DNA of 64,000 nt from a bacterium (GCA_963555815.3 CAUVWX020000001.1:1120001-1184000); one strand, 5' to 3'. Shown: positions 1-11,186, numbered from the stretch's first letter. Translations and numbers: made by a program. The notes: a model not told the origin generated them from the sequence alone.

Positions 1-111
1 GTTCGGGTGATGGAGGATTTTAGTATCACCTCCCTCATGATCGTGGATGAGAAACAGCGTCCCTGCGGCATCATCCACCTCCATGACCTCCTCAAAGCGG
101 GCATCGTCTAA
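1..111 (+). CDS. kdsD: KpsF/GutQ family arabinose-5-phosphate isomerase, C-terminal CBS end (partial)
   Basis: Frame 1 reads ...ITSLMIVDEKQRPCGIIHLHDLLKAGIV*, the typical KpsF C-terminus; directly upstream of kdsC. Confidence 0.85.
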   Translation, partial: VRVMEDFSITSLMIVDEKQRPCGIIHLHDLLKAGIV

Positions 112-117
112 CCATCT

Positions 118-642
118 ATGGACCGAGACCGGGCCCAAAAGATCAAGCTCCTGATTCTGGATGTGGACGGAGTCCAGACCGACGGGGGCATCTACATGGG
201 GGGCAAGGGAGATCCCCTTCGCCGCTTTGACATCCGGGACGGGACCGGCATCTATATTGCCATTGAGGCGGGGATTCGAGTCGCCTTCATGAGCGGAAAG
301 TCCTCCCGGGCTATCAGGAAGCGGGCCGCTGATCTCGGCGTCAAGGATGTCTTCGAAGGCCTACGTGACAAGGGCGAGGCCTACAAAAAACTGAAATCCA
401 AGTATGGCTTTTCCGATGAGGAGGTGGCGTTCGTGGGAGACGATGTCATCGATCTCCCGGTCCTTCGGCAGGTGGGCCTCGCCATCGCCGTGGGAGACGC
501 CGCCGAGGAAGTCCAACAGGTTGCTCATCGGGTCACTGTCCGCCCCGGCGGGCGAGGGGCGGTGAGAGAGGTGGTGGAATACATTCTCAGGGCCCAGGGG
601 AAGTGGGAGGAGATTCTGCAGGGGCGCTACGGCCTCCTTTGA
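118..642 (+). CDS. kdsC: KDO-8-phosphate phosphatase (HAD family)
   Basis: LILDVDGVQTDG and VGDDVIDL motifs, GGRGAVREV. Confidence 0.95.
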   Translation: MDRDRAQKIKLLILDVDGVQTDGGIYMGGKGDPLRRFDIRDGTGIYIAIEAGIRVAFMSGKSSRAIRKRAADLGVKDVFEGLRDKGEAYKKLKSKYGFSDEEVAFVGDDVIDLPVLRQVGLAIAVGDAAEEVQQVAHRVTVRPGGRGAVREVVEYILRAQGKWEEILQGRYGLL

Positions 643-700
643 GAGGGCTTCGTTGTCGCCTCCTCTTTGATGGGAAACGATGCCTCGGTGAGGGTGAAAC

Positions 701-2359
701 ATGAGCAAGGCAGACTCCGCCCGGCACCAGTGGGAAGAAAAAATTCTTCAGCCCGCACTCAAGCGCTATTCCGAGCTTAAGAAAACCTTCCAGACTGATT
801 CTCAGATCCCCATCGAGCGTCTTTATACGCCGGCCGATGGACAGGACTATGTAGAAAAGGTGGGATTTCCGGGCGCTTTTCCTTTCACCCGGGGGATCCA
901 GCCCACGATGTATCGGGCCCGCCCCTGGACCATGCGCCAGTACGCGGGATTCGCCTCCGCCAAGGAATCCAACCGCCGCTATCGATATCTCCTGGAGAGG
1001 GGCGTGGCAGGTCTCAGCGTCGCCTTCGACCTCCCCACACAGATCGGCTATGACTCAGACAACCCCCTGGTCGAGGGGGAGGTGGGGCGGGTGGGGGTCA
1101 GCATCGACTCCCTTGCGGACATGGAGATCCTCTTCGACGGGATCCCACTGGACCGAGTCAGCACCTCCATGACCATCAATGCGACGGCGGCCATCCTCTT
1201 TGCCATGTACATCGCCGTCGGAGACAAGCAGGGGGTCCCCCGATCCTCCCTTCGGGGAACCGTCCAGAACGACATCCTGAAGGAGTACATCGCCCGGGGA
1301 ACCTACATCTTCCCCCCCAAACCCTCCCTCCGGATCATCACCGACATGTTCGCCTTCTCGTTGGAGGAGGTCCCCCAGTATCACCCCATCAGCGTTAGCG
1401 GCTACCACCTTCGGGAGGCGGGGGCGACAGCGGTCCAGGAGGTAGCCTTCACCCTGGCCGACGGGATCGCCTACATAGAGGCGGCCCTTCGAGCGGGGCT
1501 TGACGTGGATGCCCTGGGAGAGCGCCTCTCCTTCTTCTTCGCCGCCCACAACCACTTTTTGGAGGAGGTGGCCAAGTTCCGGGCCGCAAGGCGCCTCTGG
1601 TCCCGGACGCTTCGCGAACGGTTCGGTGCCCGGTCAGAGCAGGCCTGCATGCTCCGCTTTCACACCCAGACGGCCGGGGTCACCCTTACGGCGCAGCAGC
1701 CCAAGAATAATATTGTCCGGGTGGCCCTTCAGGCCCTGGCCGCTGTCCTTGGCGGGACCCAGTCCCTTCACACCGATTCCTACGACGAGGCTCTGGCGCT
1801 TCCCGCTGAAGAGGCGGTCTCCCTCGCCCTCCGGACCCAGCAGGTCATCGCCCACGAGTCGGGCGTGACGGACACCGTCGACCCCCTTGGAGGTTCCTAC
1901 GCCGTCGAGGCCTTGACGGACGCCATCGAGGAAAAAGCGGCCGAGTATATCGAGCGGATCGACGGGATGGGTGGGATGTTGAAGGCCATCGAGACGGGGT
2001 GGGTTCAGCAAGAGATCCAAGAGGCGGCTTACCGCCATCAGCGGGCGGTGGAGGCAAAGGAGACCGTCATCGTCGGCCTGAACAAGTATCAGGAGGGCAC
2101 CGAGGAGGGCCGGCCCGAGATGTTGCGAATTGACCTCGCCGCGGAGGAGGCCCAGAAAAGGAGGCTTTCTCGCGTCAGAACCGAGCGGGATAGTGGCGCT
2201 GTTGATGAGGCTCTCAGGGCCGTCCGAACCGCCGCCCAAGGGAAGGAGAACCTCATGCCTCCGCTCCTGAACGCCGTCAAGGCCTACGCTACCGTGGGGG
2301 AGATCTCCGACGTCCTTCGTGAGGTCTTTGGGGAGCATCAGGTGCCCACCCAGATCTAG
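701..2359 (+). CDS. Methylmalonyl-CoA mutase, large (substrate-binding) subunit
   Basis: WTMRQYAGF (Tyr specificity residue), [26 protein letters not shown]; no B12-binding domain. Confidence 0.92.
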   Translation: MSKADSARHQWEEKILQPALKRYSELKKTFQTDSQIPIERLYTPADGQDYVEKVGFPGAFPFTRGIQPTMYRARPWTMRQYAGFASAKESNRRYRYLLERGVAGLSVAFDLPTQIGYDSDNPLVEGEVGRVGVSIDSLADMEILFDGIPLDRVSTSMTINATAAILFAMYIAVGDKQGVPRSSLRGTVQNDILKEYIARGTYIFPPKPSLRIITDMFAFSLEEVPQYHPISVSGYHLREAGATAVQEVAFTLADGIAYIEAALRAGLDVDALGERLSFFFAAHNHFLEEVAKFRAARRLWSRTLRERFGARSEQACMLRFHTQTAGVTLTAQQPKNNIVRVALQALAAVLGGTQSLHTDSYDEALALPAEEAVSLALRTQQVIAHESGVTDTVDPLGGSYAVEALTDAIEEKAAEYIERIDGMGGMLKAIETGWVQQEIQEAAYRHQRAVEAKETVIVGLNKYQEGTEEGRPEMLRIDLAAEEAQKRRLSRVRTERDSGAVDEALRAVRTAAQGKENLMPPLLNAVKAYATVGEISDVLREVFGEHQVPTQI

Positions 2360-2481
2360 ATCGACGAGGCACGATGGAGTAGACTGGCCTTCTCGTCTCT
2401 GGGTCCTTTCCTGCCGCGATCCTGTAAAGGAGATATTGATCAAGTGAGGGTGACCTGCGCTTACCCTGCGAAAAGTGAGGC

Positions 2482-5130
2482 ATGACCGGAAACGAAATTC
2501 GACAGAAATTTTTGGATTACTTTGAGCGGCACGACCACCAGGTGGTCCGAAGCTCCTCCCTTGTCCCGGTGGGCGACCCAACCCTCCTCTTCACGAACGC
2601 CGGGATGGTCCAGTTCAAAGGGGTTTTTACGGGCACCGAGCAACGAGATTACCGCCGGGCGGCCTCCTCGCAGAAATGCCTTCGCGTGAGCGGAAAGCAC
2701 AACGACCTCGAGAGGGTCGGCTTCACGGCCCGCCACCACACCTTCTTTGAGATGCTGGGAAATTTTTCGTTCGGGGACTACTTCAAGGAGGAGGCCATCG
2801 AGCTGGGCTGGAGATTCTTGGTGGATGAGATGGGTGTCCCCGCCCAAGATCTGTGGGTCTCCGTTTTTGAAAAGGACGACGAGGCCTTTCGTCTCTGGAG
2901 TGAAAAGATAGGGGTCCCGGAAGGGCGGATCCTCAGAAGGGGCGAGAAGGACAACTACTGGTCCATGGGGGAGACAGGCCCCTGCGGTCCCTGCTCGGAG
3001 ATCCTCCTGGACCAGCATCCCTCATCCTCCCCTCCCTTTGAAGAGGACCTTGAGTCGGACCGCTTCCTGGAGGTGTGGAACCTCGTCTTCATGCAATTTG
3101 TGCGGTCGGAAGATGGGAAGCGGAACCCCCTCCCAAAGCCCAGCATCGACACGGGGATGGGCTTAGAGCGCCTTTGTGCCATCCTTCAGGGTGTGACGAG
3201 CAACTTTCACACAGACCTCCTCTTTCCCCTCATCCGTTTCACGGAAGGATTTACAGAAAAACGCTATGACCTGAAGGGGGATTTTTACGACCGGACCCAC
3301 ATGAGCTTTCGGGTCATTGCGGATCACGTCAGGGCCATCGCCTTCTTGGTGGTGGACGGGGTCCTTCCCTCCAACGAAGGTCGGGGCTACGTGCTCAGGC
3401 GGATCTTGAGGCGGGCGGCAAGACACGGGCGTCTCCTCGGGATCGACAATCCCTTCCTTTACCGGGCCGTTGAAGAGGTGACGAACCTCATGAAGCATTT
3501 TTATCCCGAGCTCCGGGACGCCCTTACCTATATTTCCCGCGTCACCCTGGCGGAGGAAGAGCGTTTTGTCCACGCCCTGGACCAGGGGCTTCCCATCCTC
3601 TCGGACCTCATCGCCGGGGGGAAGGAGAAGGGGATCATCGACGGGAAGGCTCTCTTCAAGCTCTATGACACGCACGGATTTCCCCTCGATCTTGCCGAGG
3701 ACACCGCCACTGAGGAGGGGCTTAGTCTGGATCTGGGCGGCTTCAACGAGGCCATGGAGGAGCAGCGAGCGCGGGCCCGCGCCTCCTGGAAGGGTTTTGG
3801 AGAAGGGGTAGTCTCCCCCGCCCATCAAGCCCTGAAGAAGGCTTTTTCTCCCGTCCACTTTGTGGGCTACGAAAAGCTCTCTTGTCAGGCCAAGATTCTG
3901 GCCCTTGTGAAGGGAGAAAAGCCGGCCAAAGAGGCAGCTCAGGGCGAAGAAGTTGAGGTTCTCCTCGACCAAACGCCCTTTTACGCAGAGGCAGGGGGGC
4001 AGGTGGGGGACCAGGGGGTCCTGGAGGGCGAAGAGGTCCGCTTCCTGGTCGAGGATTGCCAGGCCCCGATGCCCGGATACCGGCTCCACCGGGGAAGGGT
4101 AGAGCAGGGAACTCTGAGGGTGGAAGATGAAGTAGAAGCCCGCGTGGACCAGGAAAGACGTGAGAGGACGGTTCTCAACCACACGGCGACCCATCTCCTT
4201 CACGCCGCCTTGCGCGAGATCCTGGGGGATCATGTGAAACAGGCGGGGTCCCTGGTCGCGCCAGACCGCCTCCGGTTTGACTATAGCCACTTCTCTTCCC
4301 TGAAATCCGGCGAGCAGCAGCGGATCGAGGAACGGGTCAACGAGCACGTTCGACAGGACGCCCCCGTCACCTGCAAGCAAATGACATTGGAGGAGGCCCT
4401 GGCGGAGGGGGCCATGGCGCTCTTTGGCGAAAAGTATGAGGAGAGGGTCCGGGTGGTCTCTGTTGAGGGCGTGAGCAAGGAGCTCTGCGGGGGGACCCAT
4501 ACAAAAACCTCGGGGAAGATTGGCCTCTTCAAGATCGTCCATGAGGGGAGTGTGGCGGCGGGCGTGAGACGGATTGAGGCCGTGACGGGATATGAAGCGT
4601 TGGCCCATGTCCAAAAGGGGGAGTCAGAGCTTGGGCGGATCGGGGACCTCCTGAAGGCCCGGCCTCTGGAGGCGGCGGAGAAAGTGGAGAAACTCACGGC
4701 AGAAAGGCGGGAGCTGAAACAGGAGATTCAAAAGCTCCGCCAGCGTCTCGACTTGGGGTTGACAGAAGACCTCCTTGCGAAAGTGAAGGATCTGGACGGC
4801 GTGCGTGTCCTGGTGGCCCGGGTTGATGAGTCGGATCCAAAGGGAATGCGAGGACTCATCGACGCCTTCAAGGTAAAAATCCGTTCGGGAATTGTGGTCC
4901 TCGGAGCGATCGACAAGGAAAAAGCGATCCTCTCAGCGGGTGTCACGAAAGATCTGGCGGGGCGTTTTCACGCCGGCGAGATCCTCAAGGCGAGCGTGGC
5001 CGTCGTTGGCGGGACCGGGGGTGGACGCCCCGACTTCGCCCAGGCGGGGGGCAAAAAGGCTTCTAGGCTTGACGAGGCTTTGGACAAGGCCCTGGAGGTC
5101 ATCCAGCACACGATCCAGCAGACCTCCTGA
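2482..5130 (+). CDS. alaS: Alanine--tRNA ligase
   Basis: LLFTNAGMVQFK, HHTFFEMLGNFSFGDYFK, HTATHLLH, ELCGGTH, GGGRPDFAQAGG. Confidence 0.99.
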   Translation: MTGNEIRQKFLDYFERHDHQVVRSSSLVPVGDPTLLFTNAGMVQFKGVFTGTEQRDYRRAASSQKCLRVSGKHNDLERVGFTARHHTFFEMLGNFSFGDYFKEEAIELGWRFLVDEMGVPAQDLWVSVFEKDDEAFRLWSEKIGVPEGRILRRGEKDNYWSMGETGPCGPCSEILLDQHPSSSPPFEEDLESDRFLEVWNLVFMQFVRSEDGKRNPLPKPSIDTGMGLERLCAILQGVTSNFHTDLLFPLIRFTEGFTEKRYDLKGDFYDRTHMSFRVIADHVRAIAFLVVDGVLPSNEGRGYVLRRILRRAARHGRLLGIDNPFLYRAVEEVTNLMKHFYPELRDALTYISRVTLAEEERFVHALDQGLPILSDLIAGGKEKGIIDGKALFKLYDTHGFPLDLAEDTATEEGLSLDLGGFNEAMEEQRARARASWKGFGEGVVSPAHQALKKAFSPVHFVGYEKLSCQAKILALVKGEKPAKEAAQGEEVEVLLDQTPFYAEAGGQVGDQGVLEGEEVRFLVEDCQAPMPGYRLHRGRVEQGTLRVEDEVEARVDQERRERTVLNHTATHLLHAALREILGDHVKQAGSLVAPDRLRFDYSHFSSLKSGEQQRIEERVNEHVRQDAPVTCKQMTLEEALAEGAMALFGEKYEERVRVVSVEGVSKELCGGTHTKTSGKIGLFKIVHEGSVAAGVRRIEAVTGYEALAHVQKGESELGRIGDLLKARPLEAAEKVEKLTAERRELKQEIQKLRQRLDLGLTEDLLAKVKDLDGVRVLVARVDESDPKGMRGLIDAFKVKIRSGIVVLGAIDKEKAILSAGVTKDLAGRFHAGEILKASVAVVGGTGGGRPDFAQAGGKKASRLDEALDKALEVIQHTIQQTS

Positions 5131-5209
5131 GCCCCGTCGGGGGGCGTCCTTTCCCCTCGAGGGACATCCCGAGCGTTTTTAAAAGTCTTCCCTCCTTTGA
5201 GGGGCTGTG

Positions 5210-6013
5210 ATGCGTCCACACGGATGGATCGGACTTGGGCTTCTCGTCGCCGCCGAAGTGCTTCTTTTCACCGGAAACCCCTTTGTCGGCGAATGGATGA
5301 CTCCCGTCGCCTGGACCGCCTACATCCTCTTTGTCGACGGCCTGGTTTACCGCCTGAAGGGGGAGTCCCTCCTGACGACCCGCCGGCGGGAGCTTTGGCC
5401 GATGCTCCCCCTCTCGATCATCGCGTGGCTCGTCTTTGAGTTTTACAATCAGCTTTTGCAGAACTGGTACTACATCGGTCTCTCTGAGAATTTCTATCAG
5501 CGGGGGATAGGCTACGCCTGGGCCTTCGCCACCATTTTCCCTGGCCTCTTTGTGACAGCGGATCTTTTCCAGGCCCTGGGAGTTTTCAAAAAATGCAAAG
5601 GGCGCGCTCTCAGTTTTACACCCACGAGGCTTCGGCTGAGCCTGACGCTGGGGCTTGTCTTTCTGGGTTATCCTCTTCTCTTCCCCTCACCTTATCTCTT
5701 TGCCCCGGTGTGGGTCGGGGTCATCCTCTTTCTTGGGCCCATGAACCTGGCCTATGCGCCCCAGAGCCTTTTTCGAGATGTCCAAGGGGGGGACTATGAG
5801 TGTTTCTTGTCCCTTCTGGCGGCCGGTCTTTTGTGCGGTTTTTTGTGGGAGTTCTGGAATTTCTGGGCCACGGCTAAGTGGATGTACACTATCCCCATCT
5901 TGCCCCGGCTAAAAATTTTCGAGATGCCGGTGATTGGATATCTGGGTTTCCCCCCCTTCGCCCTGGAGTGCTTTGCGATGTATCAGGCGGGCCGTGCACT
6001 CTTTCGATTTTGA
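5210..6013 (+). CDS. Conserved-looking integral membrane protein of unknown function
   Basis: Multiple hydrophobic helices, CGFLWEFWNFWA and FEMPVIGYLGFPPFALE motifs. Confidence 0.75.
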   Translation: MRPHGWIGLGLLVAAEVLLFTGNPFVGEWMTPVAWTAYILFVDGLVYRLKGESLLTTRRRELWPMLPLSIIAWLVFEFYNQLLQNWYYIGLSENFYQRGIGYAWAFATIFPGLFVTADLFQALGVFKKCKGRALSFTPTRLRLSLTLGLVFLGYPLLFPSPYLFAPVWVGVILFLGPMNLAYAPQSLFRDVQGGDYECFLSLLAAGLLCGFLWEFWNFWATAKWMYTIPILPRLKIFEMPVIGYLGFPPFALECFAMYQAGRALFRF

Positions 6014-6130
6014 CGCTTCGCATTGGTCTCAGATTCCTTTCGGCGCTCGCCGCTCAGGGTGAGGATATTCTCCCTCACCTCGATGTGGATGTCCTCAGAA
6101 CAACCATCCCAAGGGGAAAGGAGAAACCCT

Positions 6131-7192
6131 ATGCCAGCCACCGGAGTGTTCGCTAAGGATCTTCCAATCTTCTCTAGGGCCAGGCGTTACCGGCAAAAGT
6201 TCCGTACGACGAGGCTCCTCAAAGATCTGGAGCATCGGATCTTCTCCGGAGGAGAGCCCGTCGCCGAGGCCGAGGCCTGCCGCCTGATTCGTACCGATGA
6301 CACGCACCTTTCCCCCCTTCTCGCGCTGGCAGACCGCGTGAGGGACCGCTACAAGGGAAAAGAGGTCAGGCTCTGCTCCGTCGTTAACGCCAAGTCCGGC
6401 CGCTGTCCGGAGAACTGCGGCTTTTGCTCTCAGTCCGCCCACTTCAAGAATACGGACGCCCCTGTCTATCCCCTTCTCCCCGCCTCCCAGATCGCCCAGG
6501 CCGCCCGAGAGGCCGCCGCTATGGAGGCCCGGGAATTCTCTATTGTGGCAAGCGGCACGGGCCCGAAATCCGTGAAAGAGATTCAAAATGTCGTTGATGC
6601 ACTGAAACTCATTCGCGAGGAGACAAAGCTAAAGCGCTGCGCCTCCCTTGGCATTACGGATGAGACGGTCCTTCGGGAGCTCAAGGCGGCCGGTCTTCAG
6701 AACTATCACCACAACCTGGAGACGGCCCGGAGCTTCTTCCCGAAAATCTGCACCACCCACACCTACGAAGACGACCGAAGGACGGTCCTGGCGGCCAAGC
6801 GCCTTGGCTTCTACACCTGCTGCGGGGGGATCTTCGGCATGGGGGAGACACCGGAGCAGAGGGTAGAGCTGGCCATGGACCTTCGGGAGCTCGACGTGGA
6901 TTCGGTCCCCATCAACTTCTTGAACCCCCGTCCCGGCACGCCCCTGGAAAAAGCCCATTTTCTCACCCCGGGCGATTGCCTTCGGGTGGTCGCTGTCTAC
7001 CGTCTGGTCATGCCCAAGAAGGACATCTTCGTCGCCGGAGGCCGGGAGGTAAATCTGAAGGATGAGCAGTCAAACATCTTCCGGGCAGGGGCCAACGGGA
7101 TGATGATTGGAAACTATCTCACGACCAAGGGCCGGGGCGCCGAGGCGGACCACCAAATGATCCGGGACGTCGGGATGACGATCCTTCACTGA
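6131..7192 (+). CDS. bioB: Biotin synthase (radical SAM)
   Basis: CPENCGFC, YHHNLET, VPINFLNP, GNYLTT; start taken at the ATG after an AAGGAG RBS. Confidence 0.96.
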   Translation: MPATGVFAKDLPIFSRARRYRQKFRTTRLLKDLEHRIFSGGEPVAEAEACRLIRTDDTHLSPLLALADRVRDRYKGKEVRLCSVVNAKSGRCPENCGFCSQSAHFKNTDAPVYPLLPASQIAQAAREAAAMEAREFSIVASGTGPKSVKEIQNVVDALKLIREETKLKRCASLGITDETVLRELKAAGLQNYHHNLETARSFFPKICTTHTYEDDRRTVLAAKRLGFYTCCGGIFGMGETPEQRVELAMDLRELDVDSVPINFLNPRPGTPLEKAHFLTPGDCLRVVAVYRLVMPKKDIFVAGGREVNLKDEQSNIFRAGANGMMIGNYLTTKGRGAEADHQMIRDVGMTILH

Positions 7193-7203
7193 GGACCGAC
7201 ACG

Positions 7204-8472
7204 ATGAAAGATCACGCGCTTTTGCTCAGCAATCGGCTTGAAAGTCCGGGGTTACAAGAAGGGATGGAAAAGACCCTTTGGATGGAGCTTCAACTCCGCC
7301 AAGTCCTGGGCCTCTATCGGGAGGTGCTGCCGCTGGAGGGCCCCTTGGGCCCCCTCGTTCGGGTCAGGGGACGGGAGGCCATCATGCTGGCGAGCAATGA
7401 CTACCTCGGGCTGGCAGGAGATCAGAGGGTCTTGGAGGCCGCCGCTCGCGCCCTTCAGGAGGAGGGTTGGGGGGCGGGGGGTTCCCGCCTCGTCAGCGGC
7501 ACCTTTCCCTCCCACAAAGGGTTCGAAGCGGCCATCGCCCGCTTCAAGGGGGCCGAGAGGGCCCTGCTCTTCGGGTCGGGCTACCTCGCCAACCTGGGAA
7601 TCCTCTCCTCCCTCCTTCGACCCGGAGATTTTTTGTTCAGCGACGCCTTCAATCACGCGAGCCTCATCGATGGTGCGCGGCTCAGCCGCGCCGAGGTTCG
7701 GGTTTTTCGCCACAACAATCTGAACCATCTGGAAACCCTTTTGGGAGCCTCACCCGTCAAAACTCGAAAGCTTATTGTGACGGAGGGGGTCTTCAGTATG
7801 GAAGGGGACCTCGGGCGCCTTCCGGAGCTGAGCGCTCTCGCCAAACGCTACGGCGCATGGCTCATGGTGGATGACGCCCACGGGACAGGGGTCCTGGGGG
7901 AGCAGGGGAGGGGGACGGCCGAGCATTTTGGGGTGGTCCCGGAGATTCAGATGGGAACTCTTGGAAAGGCCCTCGGGGGCTTTGGGGCCTATGTCTGCGG
8001 AAGCAAGACGCTCGTGGACCACCTGCTCAACAGTGCCCGGACCTTCGTATACACAACGGCCCCTCCGCCTGCGGCGGCGGCAGCCGCCCGAAGGGCCCTG
8101 GAGATCGTGGAAGGGGAACCGGAGCGGCGCGAAAAGCTTCGGGAGAATGCGCACTTCCTTCGTTCAGGGCTCCAAAATCTCGGCTTCGAGATTCCGAAAG
8201 GGGCGACCCCCATCATCCCTATCATGACGGGAGAGGCCGAGCGGACGATGGCCCTTTCGAAAAAACTTCTTGAGCTCGGGGTCTTTGTTCGGGGCATCAG
8301 GCCCCCGACTGTCCCGGAGGGGAGGGGGCGTCTCCGAGTGACAGTCATGGCGACCCATCAAAGGTCTCATCTCGAGCAGGCCCTTGACGCCTTTGAGCGG
8401 GCGGGCAGAGCCCTTGGCTTCATCAGCGGCTGGAAACGGCCTTCCTCTCATCGGGTCGCCGTCCATGTCTGA
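7204..8472 (+). CDS. bioF: 8-amino-7-oxononanoate synthase
   Basis: SNDYLGL, NHASLIDG, VDDAHGTG, GTLGKALG. Confidence 0.95.
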   Translation: MKDHALLLSNRLESPGLQEGMEKTLWMELQLRQVLGLYREVLPLEGPLGPLVRVRGREAIMLASNDYLGLAGDQRVLEAAARALQEEGWGAGGSRLVSGTFPSHKGFEAAIARFKGAERALLFGSGYLANLGILSSLLRPGDFLFSDAFNHASLIDGARLSRAEVRVFRHNNLNHLETLLGASPVKTRKLIVTEGVFSMEGDLGRLPELSALAKRYGAWLMVDDAHGTGVLGEQGRGTAEHFGVVPEIQMGTLGKALGGFGAYVCGSKTLVDHLLNSARTFVYTTAPPPAAAAAARRALEIVEGEPERREKLRENAHFLRSGLQNLGFEIPKGATPIIPIMTGEAERTMALSKKLLELGVFVRGIRPPTVPEGRGRLRVTVMATHQRSHLEQALDAFERAGRALGFISGWKRPSSHRVAVHV

Positions 8473-8488
8473 AGAGGTCGCATGAGAG

Positions 8489-9874
8489 ATGTGGTCGCGT
8501 ATGAAAAAGGGGGATCGGGGGCCATCAGAGAATCTCGGTTCCCTTGACAAAAAGTTTCTCTGGCACCCCTTTAGCCAGATGTCCGACTGGGAGGCGGAGG
8601 AGCCTCTGGTTATCGTCGGGGGAGAAGGGGTCTATCTCGAGGATGTCCAGGGGAAGCGCTATCTCGACGGTGTCTCTTCTCTTTGGTGCAATGTCCACGG
8701 CCACGGTCACCCTCTCATTGTCGAGGCCGTCTCCCGGCAATCTCAAGAGCTCGCCCACTCCACCTTCCTTGGCCTCACTCACCCCTCTGCCATCCTCCTC
8801 GCTGAGAAGCTCATCGGTCTTGCCCCCGAGGGGCTCACGCGCGTCTTTTATTCCGACAGCGGAGCGACGGCCGTCGAGGTGGCCCTCAAGATGGCCTTTC
8901 AATATTGGCAACAAAAGTCGCCCCAAACCCGGAGAAAGAAGAACTTTATTGCCCTGACCCAGGCCTACCATGGGGACACGCTGGGGGCCGTGAGCGTGGG
9001 CGGGATCGACCTCTTCCACGAGGTCTACCGACCCCTTCTCTTTCACGTCCAGCGGGCTGAAGCCCCCTACTGCTACCGTTGCCCCTTCGAAAAGACGTAT
9101 CCCGAGTGCGAGATTTTTTGTGCCGGGGAGATGGAGGAGGTGGTGAGACAGCATGCCGGGGAGACAGCGGCCTTCATCCTGGAGCCCATTGTCCAGGGGG
9201 CGGGGGGGATGATCAACGCCCCACCCGGGTTTCTCTCCCGGGTCCGAAAGATTTGCGACGAGTTTGAAATCCTTCTCATTGCGGACGAGGTGGCCACGGG
9301 CTTCGGCCGGACGGGCAAGATGTTCGCCTGCGAACACGAAGGGGTCCGCCCTGACCTGCTCTGCCTGGCCAAGGGGGTGACGGGGGGGACCCTCCCCCTT
9401 GCGGCCACCCTCGCCACGGAGGAGATCTACTCGGCCTTCCTGGGTCCCCGCGAATCAAAAACTTTCTTCCACGGCCACACCTACACGGGGAACCCAATCG
9501 CGTGCGCCGCCGCCCTGGCGAATCTGGAGATCTTTGAGAGGCAAAGAACCTTGGAAAAGATGCCCGAGAAGATCGAACTTCTTTGCCGCGAGCTAAAGCC
9601 TTTCCTGGATCTTCGGCATGTGGGAAATGTGAGGCAGGCGGGTTTCATGGTGGGGATCGAGCTCGTCCTGGACCGGGCGAGCAAGAGCCCTTATCCTGGT
9701 GAGGGAAGAATCGGCCACCAGGTGACGCTCGAGGCAAGACGGCGGGGGCTCATCACAAGGCCCCTTGGAAACGTCATCGTCCTCCTTCCCCCCCTCTCGA
9801 CCTCGCCCCGGGAGCTTCAAGAGATGGTCCGGATCACCTACGAGAGTATCCGGGCAGTGACGGAGAGCGCTTGA
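8489..9874 (+). CDS. bioA: Adenosylmethionine-8-amino-7-oxononanoate transaminase
   Basis: WHPFSQM, SSLWCNVHGH, YHGDT, ADEVATGFGRTG, AKGVTGG. Confidence 0.96.
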   Translation: MWSRMKKGDRGPSENLGSLDKKFLWHPFSQMSDWEAEEPLVIVGGEGVYLEDVQGKRYLDGVSSLWCNVHGHGHPLIVEAVSRQSQELAHSTFLGLTHPSAILLAEKLIGLAPEGLTRVFYSDSGATAVEVALKMAFQYWQQKSPQTRRKKNFIALTQAYHGDTLGAVSVGGIDLFHEVYRPLLFHVQRAEAPYCYRCPFEKTYPECEIFCAGEMEEVVRQHAGETAAFILEPIVQGAGGMINAPPGFLSRVRKICDEFEILLIADEVATGFGRTGKMFACEHEGVRPDLLCLAKGVTGGTLPLAATLATEEIYSAFLGPRESKTFFHGHTYTGNPIACAAALANLEIFERQRTLEKMPEKIELLCRELKPFLDLRHVGNVRQAGFMVGIELVLDRASKSPYPGEGRIGHQVTLEARRRGLITRPLGNVIVLLPPLSTSPRELQEMVRITYESIRAVTESA

Positions 9875-9917
9875 ACTTATCTGAGATCCCTTTGGGTTCA
9901 AACCGGGAGATGGATTC

Positions 9918-11186
9918 ATGAAACGGCCGCATGTGGTCATTGTAGGTGGCGGTTTCGGTGGGTTGCATGCGGCACTTTCATTGAAGAATGCACCGGTGCA
10001 GGTCACCCTCATTGACCGGCGCAACTTCCACCTGTTTCAACCCCTTCTCTATCAGGTGGCGACCGGCGGGCTTTCGCAGGGAAACATCGCGACTCCGTTG
10101 CGGGCGGTGCTGAAACGCCAGAAAAACACCCGTGTTTTGTTGGCGGAGGTGGTCGACTTCGATGTTGCGAACCGGCGGGTGATACTGCGAGACGGTCAGA
10201 TTGAGTACGACACCCTCGTCGTCGCAGGGGGCTCCAGCCATCACTATTTCGGCAATGACGGATGGGAAAAGTTCGCACTCGGCCTCAAGACGTTAGAGGA
10301 CGCGACCAAAATCCGCCGGCGGATTTTGATGGCCTTTGAGACCGCCGAGCGTGAGACAGACCCCGACAAAATCCGTGCCTGGTTGACATTTGTCGTTGTG
10401 GGAGGCGGTCCCACTGGCGTCGAGCTGGCCGGCGCGCTGGGAGAGATTGCGAACGATACGCTAAAGGGTGGCTTCCGAAGCATCAACCCGGCTGACGCGA
10501 AGATCCTCTTGCTGGAGGGCGTGGACCGCGTTTTGCCTCCCTACCCGCCCGAGCTTTCGGCCAGGGCTGAAGCCTCGCTAGGGCACCTGGGTGTGACCGT
10601 GAGGACCAGCACCATAGTGACTGACGTTCAGCCTGAGTCCGTGACCCTCCGCCACGGCGATCAGAGCGAGACGATTGGTACCCGAACAGTGCTTTGGGCG
10701 GCCGGCGTCCAGGCGTCTCCTCTGGCGCGCGCTTTGGCAAAGGGTACGGGGGCCGAGCTGGACCGGGCCGGCCGCATCATGGTGGGGCCGGACCTGAGCT
10801 TGCCGGGGTATCCGGAGATGTTTGTCGTTGGGGACATGGCCCACTTTATCCATCAGACGGGAAGCCCTCTTCCGGCGGTGGCCCCAGTGGCGATGCAAGA
10901 GGGGCGATACGTCGCAAAACTCGTGCGACTCAGGCTGCAAGGTAAGCGCGTGCCCTCTTTTCGTTACAAAGATTTCGGGAACATGGCCACCATTGGCCGG
11001 GTCTCTGCGGTGGTGGAGCTGGGTCGATTCCGGTTCTGGGGCTTTTTCGCTTGGCTAATCTGGCTGTTTGTTCACTTGCTGTACATAGCGGGGTACGAGA
11101 ATCGGATTCTTATTCTGATCCAGTGGACCTGGTACTATTTCACTCGGAACCGGGCCGCGCGTCTTATCGTCGGAGGCAGCACCTAG
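9918..11186 (+). CDS. ndh: Type II NADH dehydrogenase
   Basis: GGGFGG, FQPLLYQVATG, GGGPTGVELAG, APVAMQEG. Confidence 0.93.
   Translation: MKRPHVVIVGGGFGGLHAALSLKNAPVQVTLIDRRNFHLFQPLLYQVATGGLSQGNIATPLRAVLKRQKNTRVLLAEVVDFDVANRRVILRDGQIEYDTLVVAGGSSHHYFGNDGWEKFALGLKTLEDATKIRRRILMAFETAERETDPDKIRAWLTFVVVGGGPTGVELAGALGEIANDTLKGGFRSINPADAKILLLEGVDRVLPPYPPELSARAEASLGHLGVTVRTSTIVTDVQPESVTLRHGDQSETIGTRTVLWAAGVQASPLARALAKGTGAELDRAGRIMVGPDLSLPGYPEMFVVGDMAHFIHQTGSPLPAVAPVAMQEGRYVAKLVRLRLQGKRVPSFRYKDFGNMATIGRVSAVVELGRFRFWGFFAWLIWLFVHLLYIAGYENRILILIQWTWYYFTRNRAARLIVGGST

Noticed and set aside
701..2359. Isobutyryl- or 2-hydroxyisobutyryl-CoA mutase
   Set aside because: Tyr in RQYAGF and Arg in YIARGT fit methylmalonyl-CoA specificity.
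9889..9898. CCTTTGGGTT match to the tRNA-fMet anticodon arm as a possible att site
   Set aside because: Only 10 bp and does not extend to the tRNA 3' end; chance is likely.
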